In this document: positions 50,051 through 57,609 of the stretch, in pieces
Position numbering within the stretch: the stretch's first letter is position 1
Layout of the letters: each line of letters opens with the position of its first letter
NCBI GenBank assembly: GCA_040263875.1
Contig: JBDQJI010000004.1
Span: 11,984-75,983 of the forward strand
DNA: 64,000 nucleotides
Direction: 5' to 3'
Source of the DNA: Alphaproteobacteria bacterium
GTDB taxonomy: Bacteria > Pseudomonadota > Alphaproteobacteria > Bin95
Position numbers and translations under genes: made by a program
Notes under the pieces: model-generated
Told to the model about the DNA's origin: nothing
The model's input: the letters and a program-made list of their open reading frames with translations, nothing else
Database searches by the model: none

Positions 50051-50382
50051 TGCAGCCATCCTATTCTCTTTCATCAACCGCCCAGCGACGGCTAATTGAG
50101 ATATACCGATACAGCGTTAACCAATGGGGCGAAACACAAGCAGAATCCTATTTGGCGGATTTCTATGAAGCCTTTGAAAGAATCACAGACGGAACACTGC
50201 AAGGCAGGTCAATTGAACCGGGTTATGGCGTCATTGGACGCTGCGCTCCCTGCGGCAAGCACAGAATATACTGGAAAATATCAGCCGATGGGACTGTCCA
50301 CATCGCTGAAATTCTGCATGAGCGAATGGATATCGGCGACAGACTAGCCAAATCTGCGGCGCTTCGGCACCCAAACGACTGA
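50050..50382 (+). CDS. parE: Type II toxin, ParE/RelE family
   Basis: 110 aa. YSLSSTAQRRLIEIYRYSVNQWGETQAESYLADFYEAFERI and HRIYWKI...VHIAEILHERMD are typical ParE features. Confidence 0.85.
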   Translation: MQPSYSLSSTAQRRLIEIYRYSVNQWGETQAESYLADFYEAFERITDGTLQGRSIEPGYGVIGRCAPCGKHRIYWKISADGTVHIAEILHERMDIGDRLAKSAALRHPND

Positions 50383-50393
50383 AGTAATAATGT

Positions 50394-51932
50394 CTACCCA
50401 GTCTTTTCCGCCGCCAGCATCTCACGAAGGTCCGTTTTGAGGACTTTGCCGTAGTTGTTTTTGGGTAGACCGGCCACGAAACGGTAACCTTTTGGGCGCT
50501 TGAAGCGGGCGATAAGGTCGCGGCAGTGGGCATCGAGGGCGGCATCATCGACCCCACGGCCTTCTCTCGCGACCACATAGGCGATGACGTTTTCGCCCCA
50601 CTCCTCATCTGGCTCACCGATAACCGAAACCTCAGCCACGCCTGGATGGGTGAGTAGCGCCTCCTCCACCTCACGCGGATAGATGTTCGTGCCGCCAGAG
50701 ATAATCATATCTTTGGAACGGTCCTTTAGCGTTAGGTAGCCGAATTCATCCATCGCACCAACATCACCCGTGTGGAGCCAGCCATTGCGGAGAGCGTCCG
50801 CAGTGGCTTCAGGATTGCGCCAGTAGCCCGCCATGACGGTATCGCCACGCACAAGCACTTCGCCGATTTCACCGGGTGGAAGCGGATTATCATTTGCATC
50901 TGCCGTAATGACCTCAACATTCGTGAAGGCGCGGCCGGTTGAGGCGATCATCGCTTCGTAGCGAGGATTACCGGTACCGGCGACATCCTGCCGTGGCAGG
51001 CATGTGATCGTCATAGGGCTTTCGCCTTGACCATATATCTGCACCAGCACATCGCCGAACGCCGCATTTGCCGCCTTGCAATCCTCCACATACATCGGCC
51101 CGCCGCCATAGATAATGGTCTTCAGATTACTGGTATCAGCAGCCTTCTGGCTTGGATGCTCCACCATGCGCTTAACCATGGTCGGCGCTGCAAAGAAGGA
51201 CATGCCAGTGAAATCCGGCAGAAGCTCAAAAATCTCTGGCGGGTCAAACTTACCACTCACTGGCACGACTTGTGCTGCGCAAGCGGCAACGAATGGGATG
51301 TTATAGCACCCGCCGCCGTGGGACATCGGGGCAGCGTGTAGGCAGTGGTCGCTTTCTTCGGCTGCGTCCACATCTGTGAAATAGGCCATCGTACAGGCCA
51401 TCAGATTCCGATGCGTCAGAGTGGCACCTTTGGGCCGGCCGGTCGTGCCAGACGTATAGAAAAGCCACGCCGGATCATCCGGTTGGCGATGGGTCATTGG
51501 TACGACGGGACCGGCAACGATCTGCTGATAGGCGTCAGAGCCTGCCGTTAGCAATTGTTCGCAGTCCGGTAGATCATCGAACACGCTTTCCAAAGCGTCC
51601 TGCAGGTCTTCTGTAACGAAGCAAAGCCGTGAGCCCGAATTCTCCAGGATAAAGGCGAACTCTTTTGGGTGAAGCTTGGCGTTGATCGGCACTGCGATCA
51701 GCCCCGCCATCCAGCTGCCATAGAGGATTTCGAGAAATTCCGTGCAATTGGTCATGGCGAACCCGACGCAATCGCCTGGTTTCAAACCAGCCTCGCAACG
51801 CAGCCATCCTGCGATAGCAGCAGCGCGCCTGTGAAACTCCCGGTAGTCTGCAACCAGCGTATTGCCCTGATAAAGGGCTGGATTATCCGGACGGGACCGG
51901 GCAGCTCGAACGAGCAGTGAAGCGACATTCAT
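50394..51932 (-). CDS. AMP-dependent acyl-CoA synthetase/ligase
   Basis: 512 aa. LFYTSGTTGRPKGA (AMP-binding box), GWLHTGDVG, YPREVEE, GKVLK. Confidence 0.9.
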   Translation of the reverse strand: MNVASLLVRAARSRPDNPALYQGNTLVADYREFHRRAAAIAGWLRCEAGLKPGDCVGFAMTNCTEFLEILYGSWMAGLIAVPINAKLHPKEFAFILENSGSRLCFVTEDLQDALESVFDDLPDCEQLLTAGSDAYQQIVAGPVVPMTHRQPDDPAWLFYTSGTTGRPKGATLTHRNLMACTMAYFTDVDAAEESDHCLHAAPMSHGGGCYNIPFVAACAAQVVPVSGKFDPPEIFELLPDFTGMSFFAAPTMVKRMVEHPSQKAADTSNLKTIIYGGGPMYVEDCKAANAAFGDVLVQIYGQGESPMTITCLPRQDVAGTGNPRYEAMIASTGRAFTNVEVITADANDNPLPPGEIGEVLVRGDTVMAGYWRNPEATADALRNGWLHTGDVGAMDEFGYLTLKDRSKDMIISGGTNIYPREVEEALLTHPGVAEVSVIGEPDEEWGENVIAYVVAREGRGVDDAALDAHCRDLIARFKRPKGYRFVAGLPKNNYGKVLKTDLREMLAAEKTG

Positions 51933-51938
51933 AACGGG

Positions 51939-51984
51939 TGTATCCTTTGAGCGCAGTCTGTTGCCCAGTATGGCAAAGGATACA
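51939..51984 (-). promoter_or_regulatory. 11-bp perfect inverted repeat enclosing the likely Shine-Dalgarno of the acyl-CoA synthetase gene
   Basis: TGTATCCTTTG (51939-51949) and CAAAGGATACA (51974-51984). On the minus-strand mRNA the 3' arm contains AAGGA about 10 nt upstream of the ATG (51930-51932). Confidence 0.35.
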
Positions 51985-52006
51985 GGCGAATGTCAGTAGC
52001 GTCTCT

Positions 52007-52663
52007 TTAATAGGGGCGCCTGGCGTCCTGGAAATCCTTCAGGATCGACGCCGCCGTGACTGCGATGCCAGCAACACGGCTTGATGCGACGTGCAAGCCG
52101 TATGTTGCCCGCGCGCCCCCTTCCCAGCCCAAGATCGGCGCCCCTGATACGCCCTTTGCGGTGGCGCAGCTGTGCTGAAACGCGCGCTGGCCTATCCGCT
52201 GCACCTTGCAGTTCACATGACGCGTCAGCCGATGCAGCCTAGAGCTGGCGAATCCGGCAATGATAAAAGACGCATTGAGGCGCGGCGGGCTCACGGCCAA
52301 TGTTGCCGGTGCGCCAGAAAATGCCTGATCAAGTACCAGCACTGCCCAATCCGCTGCACGATCAGGATTGCCAAGTTTAGGCGCGTACCCAGCCGAAACC
52401 CGGTACTCAACAACCCGCATATGCTGTCGATACTGCCCCCGGTCATATCCCGCCAGAACATGCAGCGAGGTCGGGCGTATCCAGTTCCTTGGACGTTCAA
52501 GCCACAGGCAATGCGCCGCCGTTAGAATCGTACGGGCGTCAATGGCGAATCCGGTACAATGCCCGCCGATTTCCCGATTCACACGAACAACAGCGGAAAA
52601 TGGGTCTTTTGCGTCCGCATAGGCCCTTACGGGCAACAGAAGAATTCCCAGAATTAGGATCAT
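52007..52663 (-). CDS. Secreted trypsin-like (S1 family) serine peptidase
   Basis: MILILGILLLPVRAYA signal-like start, catalytic His in ILTAAHC, Asp in DWAVLVLD, Ser in AKGVSGAPI. The start is uncertain; the ORF track extends to 52867 and an in-frame Met also lies at 52754-52756. Confidence 0.7.
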   Translation of the reverse strand: MILILGILLLPVRAYADAKDPFSAVVRVNREIGGHCTGFAIDARTILTAAHCLWLERPRNWIRPTSLHVLAGYDRGQYRQHMRVVEYRVSAGYAPKLGNPDRAADWAVLVLDQAFSGAPATLAVSPPRLNASFIIAGFASSRLHRLTRHVNCKVQRIGQRAFQHSCATAKGVSGAPILGWEGGARATYGLHVASSRVAGIAVTAASILKDFQDARRPY

Positions 52664-52826
52664 GAGATATATTCGTGCTATGCTTGTTGTGTCTTTGGCT
52701 GTGCGTTTGGAATGATCTGCGGGCGGGCAGGTGATCCATGAAATACATGCAGGCATCAAGGCTTGATAAAACGATTGCCAGCGCGCACGACCCCGTGTGC
52801 GCCTAGGTGGGGGCTGATAGCAGTTT

Positions 52827-53570
52827 ATGGGCAGACTGGACGGCATAACACTCCTTGAATCGCTCACGGAAGATGAGCGCGCAGACCTTGAAAAGCGCTG
52901 CCAATGGCGGCGTTACGCCAAGGGCGATGAAGTCGTGACGCGCAACAGTGATAACCGGGACATGTTCCTGATCACCGAAGGTGCTGTCGACATCATAAAC
53001 TATTCAATGACTGGACGCCCTGTTGCATATGCAACGCTTGGCGCTGGCCAGTATTTTGGCGAGTTATCCGCGATTGATGGGGAGCCGCGCTCGGCATCTG
53101 CTGTCTGCAATCAAAGCGCCACGATTGCCGCCCTGCCGCCACAGGTTTTCCAAGAACTTATCACCCAGCGACCGGAAATAGCATTGAGCGTGCTGCAACG
53201 CTTGGCAGGCATCGTCCGCATTTGCGACGAGCGGATCATGGACCTGGCTACATTGGGTGCTATGCAACGTGTCGTCTTGGAACTATGCCGGGCTGCAACG
53301 CCAGACCCAATCACCAATGGTTCCTGGCTGATCTATCCGACACCGCCACAACGTGAATTCGCTGCCCGCGCCTCAACGACCAGAGAAACCGTCGCCCGCG
53401 TATTTGCGCAATTGTCCGACGTAAACTTGATTCGCCGGAAAGGCCGCACGCTTTACCTGGCCGACAAAGCGCAACTCGAGCGTATGGCGCAACGGTTAAG
53501 CGGGCCGACCCCACCAGAATCTGCCGCCGCCGCAAATCCGGCTTCTGAGGAATCGAGCGACGCTGACTAA
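52827..53570 (+). CDS. Crp/Fnr-family transcriptional regulator (cNMP-binding domain + HTH)
   Basis: 247 aa. cNMP-binding fold GQYFGELSAIDGEPRSASA. C-terminal HTH REFAARASTTRETVARVFAQL. Confidence 0.88.
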   Translation: MGRLDGITLLESLTEDERADLEKRCQWRRYAKGDEVVTRNSDNRDMFLITEGAVDIINYSMTGRPVAYATLGAGQYFGELSAIDGEPRSASAVCNQSATIAALPPQVFQELITQRPEIALSVLQRLAGIVRICDERIMDLATLGAMQRVVLELCRAATPDPITNGSWLIYPTPPQREFAARASTTRETVARVFAQLSDVNLIRRKGRTLYLADKAQLERMAQRLSGPTPPESAAAANPASEESSDAD

Positions 53571-54328
53571 CGACAACCGCCATCAATGCGGAGGATTGCA
53601 GCGGTCGTATAACCAGCGTGATTGCTGCAAAGGTAAAGCGCTGCTGCGACAACCTCATCGGGCTGTCCGCCGCGCTGCAGCGCAATCTGCTCGTCTGCGC
53701 GCTGCTGAAACTTCTCCATATCCCACGCCTTTGAGACGTCGGTCAGAAATGGCCCAGGCATGATGCAGTTGACGCACACCTCTGGCCCAAGCGCATCAGC
53801 CATGGCTTCCGTCATGGCGTTCAGCCCAGCTTTGGCAGCAGCATAGGTCACTAGATGCGCCTGTGGACGGATCGCCGCGCGGCTAGAGATATTGAGGATT
53901 GCACCACCACCCTCCGCCTTCATCCGCTCCCCAATAACGGCAGACAAACGGAATGGCGCTTTCAGATTAAGGTCCAAAACAGCATCATACAGGCGCTCAT
54001 CAACACTGGTCAGAGTATCATAGAGCGGCGACTTGCCAGCGTTATTGACGAGGACATCAACCCGCCCAAATCGCGCATATGCAGCTTCAATCAACGCATC
54101 GCACTGATCCCAATGGGAGATATTGACCGCAACTGGCAAAGCCTGCCGCCCAAGCGCTTCGACCTCTGCGCATACCGCTTCACAAGCTTCCAGCTTACGG
54201 GAAGCGACTATGATATCGGCTCCCGCTGCCGCCATACCAAGCGCAATCTCCCGGCCTAGGCCGCGGCTACCGCCGGTGATCAGCGCCACTTTTCCAGACA
54301 AATCGATGACGTGCTTCGGCCCACTCAT
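53567..54328 (-). CDS. SDR-family oxidoreductase
   Basis: KVALITGGSRGLG, NNAGK, YAAAKAG. The Met at 54326-54328 shares one nt with the upstream stop (TGATG). Confidence 0.88.
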   Translation of the reverse strand: MSGPKHVIDLSGKVALITGGSRGLGREIALGMAAAGADIIVASRKLEACEAVCAEVEALGRQALPVAVNISHWDQCDALIEAAYARFGRVDVLVNNAGKSPLYDTLTSVDERLYDAVLDLNLKAPFRLSAVIGERMKAEGGGAILNISSRAAIRPQAHLVTYAAAKAGLNAMTEAMADALGPEVCVNCIMPGPFLTDVSKAWDMEKFQQRADEQIALQRGGQPDEVVAAALYLCSNHAGYTTAAILRIDGGCR

Positions 54329-55497
54329 CAACCAGCCCCCAGGATCAGTGAACAATGTGAGGACATGATGCCGCCTTCATTATGCACAAAAGCCCGCTCT
54401 CGCTTCGCGACCTGGCGGCCTGCAGCATCGCCGCGTAACTGGCGCGCGGCCTCAACAATGGCGAACAATCCACCTGCCGCCCCTGCATGCGCATGGCTCA
54501 ACATGCCGCCATGGGTGTTGACTGGGAATTTGCCGTTGAAATTGGTTTCTTTTGACAAGAACAATTCCCCAGCTTCTTCTGGCGTGCCAAACCCAGCCTC
54601 AGACATCTCGATCAACGGGACGGGTGTAAAGCAGTCATAAAGCTCAGCAAAATCGATATCCTTCGGGCTGAGTTCTGCCATCTTGTATGCAGCAGCACCG
54701 GATTGCTTGCCACCGAACTCCGTCAGGCTGGGCGCGGCCATAATGTGTTCATGGGTGTGAAACTCACCAAACCCTAGAATATCAACGGGCTGCGATGGCA
54801 TATCCCGCGCCCGGTCCGCCGCCGTAATGATCAGCGCACCGCCGGCGTCTGAAATCAGGCAGCAGTCCAATATGTTCAGTGGTGCTGCAATGGGCTTAGA
54901 TGCCAGCACGTCCTCAATCGTAATGGGTTGGGACATGTGGGCATTCGGGTGCAAGCCAGCATGATAGCGCCCGTTTACGGCGACGGCCGCCATCATTTCA
55001 CGGGTAACGCCAGTTTCATGCATCAGCCGGTTTGCGATCATGCCGTAGAAAGCCGGGATCAGCGGGCCATAGATCTTCTCGTAATATGGATGGCCAACGC
55101 TGGAGAGTGCTGCAACGGCTTCATCCCGCGTCTGCCCTGTCGCGCGGTTTTCACCAACAACGACCAATACGTTCGTCGCAACCCCTGTCGCTACAGCCTG
55201 GACGGCATGGTTCACAAGCGCGGCTGGCGTAGCACCTCCAAGCACCATGGATGAGAGATAACTTGGCTGAATGCCTAGATATTCAGCAACGACCGTGCCG
55301 AACATGAAATAAGGCTCTGTCATCGAATAGGCTGTTAGCAATCCATCAATGTCACTGGGGCGAAGGCCCGCTTCATCCATAGCTTGCTTTGCTGCTTGTG
55401 CGGCAAGGCCGATACCAGATTGACCGGGAACTTTGCCGATTTCAGATTCGCCAACGCCAGCAATGCTGGCAGCACCCGAGAGCATGTGTTTCGCCAT
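54328..55497 (-). CDS. Thiolase-fold protein (SCP2-type / lipid-transfer-protein-like thiolase)
   Basis: 389 aa. Thiolase-like N- and C-domains (NTHGGMLSHAHAGAAG near the C-terminus), paired with an upstream DUF35 gene as is usual for this class. Confidence 0.8.
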   Translation of the reverse strand: MAKHMLSGAASIAGVGESEIGKVPGQSGIGLAAQAAKQAMDEAGLRPSDIDGLLTAYSMTEPYFMFGTVVAEYLGIQPSYLSSMVLGGATPAALVNHAVQAVATGVATNVLVVVGENRATGQTRDEAVAALSSVGHPYYEKIYGPLIPAFYGMIANRLMHETGVTREMMAAVAVNGRYHAGLHPNAHMSQPITIEDVLASKPIAAPLNILDCCLISDAGGALIITAADRARDMPSQPVDILGFGEFHTHEHIMAAPSLTEFGGKQSGAAAYKMAELSPKDIDFAELYDCFTPVPLIEMSEAGFGTPEEAGELFLSKETNFNGKFPVNTHGGMLSHAHAGAAGGLFAIVEAARQLRGDAAGRQVAKRERAFVHNEGGIMSSHCSLILGAG

Positions 55498-55500
55498 GGC

Positions 55501-55935
55501 TCAACCCTCCTCCCGCAGGAATTGGGGCACATTTATGCCCTCACCACGCGCTTCGAAGACACAGCGGACTTTGTCCCCAATCGCGACATCAAGTGCGTTT
55601 GGACCGATGATATTTGTCATCATCCGCGCGCCTTCCTCCAGATCAATCAAGGCGACGACAAAAGGTGTCAGCGGCCTGTATCCAGGCTCTGACGCGCGGT
55701 GGACAATGCTGAAACTATGCACTTCACCGAGGCCAGACGCTTCAAACCATTCAACATCCGCAGCGTCCCAGGTGGCAGGCGATACCTGGCGCGGATAGAA
55801 CCAGACTTGGCCGCTCTTCTGGCAACGCTGAAGCAGGAGCCTGCCTTCCGCAGCCCCATCCCAATAAGGCGCATTGTCAGCATTCCGTTGCGGGACAGGC
55901 AGAGGTGGATCAGGAGTATAAGCTTGTTCAGTCAA
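55501..55935 (-). CDS. DUF35 OB-fold/Zn-ribbon protein (thiolase partner)
   Basis: 144 aa. APYWDGAAEGRLLLQRCQKSGQVWFYPR followed by an OB-fold segment. TTG start with AAGGAA 8-9 nt upstream. Confidence 0.8.
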   Translation of the reverse strand: MTEQAYTPDPPLPVPQRNADNAPYWDGAAEGRLLLQRCQKSGQVWFYPRQVSPATWDAADVEWFEASGLGEVHSFSIVHRASEPGYRPLTPFVVALIDLEEGARMMTNIIGPNALDVAIGDKVRCVFEARGEGINVPQFLREEG

Positions 55936-55979
55936 CGCATCAGTTCCTTATGTTAAGTACAAAAGGATATGATGCCGTA

Positions 55980-56327
55980 TCAGCTCTCGCTAGAGCCAGC
56001 GCCGTAAGCAGCGGCAAGAGCACGGTCCCGTAGATCCTGCGCCCAGCGTGTAAGGCCATAGGGATGCGCGAACACTGCCCAGTTCACATCAGCAGCAGCC
56101 AGAAGCGCTTGCCAACCTGAATCATCCAGAGCCAAAGCTTGCGTGACGGCGATTTCTTCGGCCAACTGCGCCGCTTCAGCCTTGCTAGCCTCTGTTAGAA
56201 ACTGAACTGCGGGTGCCGGCCAAGCGGCATTCCCCTCATCCCAGTCCTCATTGGCATAGGCCTTCAGAAGCTGCCACAGCATGCCATCTTCAGAAAGTGA
56301 AGGGAGTGGCGCGCTACTTCTCGACAT
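55980..56327 (-). CDS. Putative immunity protein (CdiI-like, aromatic-x3-DWD family)
   Basis: 115 aa, acidic, no signal peptide. LWQLLKAYANEDWDEG near the N-terminus resembles the YFHQDWD-type signature of proteins annotated as contact-dependent growth inhibition immunity proteins. Its ATG lies 14 nt inside the 3' end of the toxin-like ORF. Confidence 0.6.
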   Translation of the reverse strand: MSRSSAPLPSLSEDGMLWQLLKAYANEDWDEGNAAWPAPAVQFLTEASKAEAAQLAEEIAVTQALALDDSGWQALLAAADVNWAVFAHPYGLTRWAQDLRDRALAAAYGAGSSES

Positions 56328-56928
56328 AGGCCGTTAGCAAGCGGTAGCTCTGCTTGCCTTTGCTTGTCCATTTTGTGAGCACCACTGCGGCCGTGTTGCC
56401 TTGGCGCCGATCACCACCACGATAGGCGATACGGCCAATTGGTTTGTCAAAGAAACGGCGGAGGGCTAAACGTCGTTTGCTATCATTGTCCGCGAGCCAT
56501 CTTTGGACGCGCGGCTTGTTCGGCTTATGATTGATAGTGCGCACAATCGCGATAGCCGCCGATTCCGTATCAAAGAAGCCTGACGCTACGCTCTTGTTGT
56601 CGCGTTTAATCCGGTCTTCCAGATCGTCATAAGACTTGCCCACGTGGCGGGCGATGGTGTGCCCCCGATGTTTACCGCCTTCTTGCGCTTTCAGCCATCG
56701 AACCGCCTGGGCGACGGCATCATTCCGGCTGCGGACAGGTGTTACAGACCGTGCTTCAGCAGTTTGCTGCCGCGCCTCGACCGGCGGCGGCGCAGCGCTC
56801 TCCACCATCCCTTTGGCAAGTCGCGGATCGTCTCCCTGGAGGAAGGCGATCAGCAGCGCTACCCCCAGAGCGATGAAGGATAGGATTATGCGTTGGGCCT
56901 TAATATCAATGTTGAAGCGTTTAAACAC
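56314..56928 (-). CDS. Membrane-anchored protein with a C-terminal bacterial RNase A-superfamily (CdiA-CT-like) toxin domain
   Basis: 204 aa, GTG start. One N-terminal hydrophobic helix (IILSFIALGVALLIAFL) and a Pro/Ala/Gln linker. The domain then reads GGKHRGHTIARHVGKSYDDLEDRI...SGFFDTESAAIAIV...RWL...IGRIAYRGG...AAVVLTKW...SYRLLTAYVEK. Confidence 0.65.
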   Translation of the reverse strand: MFKRFNIDIKAQRIILSFIALGVALLIAFLQGDDPRLAKGMVESAAPPPVEARQQTAEARSVTPVRSRNDAVAQAVRWLKAQEGGKHRGHTIARHVGKSYDDLEDRIKRDNKSVASGFFDTESAAIAIVRTINHKPNKPRVQRWLADNDSKRRLALRRFFDKPIGRIAYRGGDRRQGNTAAVVLTKWTSKGKQSYRLLTAYVEK

Positions 56929-56949
56929 TGTTCGCCCTGCGCCTATTGA

Positions 56950-57456
56950 TTAAAGCTTGCCGTATGCCGCCGTGAACCCACGGAGCGATACATTCAGATT
57001 AAGCTTCTGACGGCGAATATTCTGCATGCCAATCACGGCTTTTGATCCACGCTTCATGGCATTGACCTTACCGGCTGAAAGCTGGATCTGCGCAAGGCAG
57101 CCGCCTTTAAGGCAGAATTCGAAATTCACGCGGTCAGCCTTGCCGCCATCAATACCGAATGTAAGGCCTGGACGCAGCCAAACGCCCAGCGGCGCCCGCA
57201 ACGATAAGATAACGCCGGATTGATTGGGCGGCTTCGCGACAACGACTTCCATAAGCGGGTTGCCGTTTTTGGGATCTTTTACGTTCTGAACCATGCGGCA
57301 GAGACGACCAGCCTGCGGGTTCTGTACGCATTCAACGGACCAATCGCCACTTTGCGTCCGCTCGACATTCTGTTGCGCTTGCTGTGCCGAAGCTGGGAGC
57401 GCGCCAATGGAGCTGGCGATAAGGCCTGCGGCCAATGCAATTATGACTTTACGCAT
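56950..57456 (-). CDS. Invasion-associated locus B (IalB) family periplasmic protein
   Basis: 168 aa. Signal peptide ending ALPASAQ, then GDWSVECVQNPQAGRLCRMVQNV and FEFCLKGGCLAQ, both typical IalB motifs. Confidence 0.8.
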   Translation of the reverse strand: MRKVIIALAAGLIASSIGALPASAQQAQQNVERTQSGDWSVECVQNPQAGRLCRMVQNVKDPKNGNPLMEVVVAKPPNQSGVILSLRAPLGVWLRPGLTFGIDGGKADRVNFEFCLKGGCLAQIQLSAGKVNAMKRGSKAVIGMQNIRRQKLNLNVSLRGFTAAYGKL

Positions 57457-57609
57457 ATGCGAAGCCTTCCCTCATAGGAACTTAGGTGTTCATTCGGCGG
57501 GACACTGCCTTGAAACGCCCCTTAGATGCAAGACCAATCCGCATGATCCGTTCCATTATTACAGCGAATTAAAGACTACTGCTTAAGGTCAGGACCCATA
57601 AAATTAGTC

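Noticed and set aside
57569-57586. TTAA-N10-TTAA in the AT-richer gap upstream of the IalB gene, considered as a CtrA box.
   Set aside because: The CtrA consensus is TTAA-N7-TTAA, so the spacing is wrong. I found no correctly spaced site in the intergenic regions I scanned.
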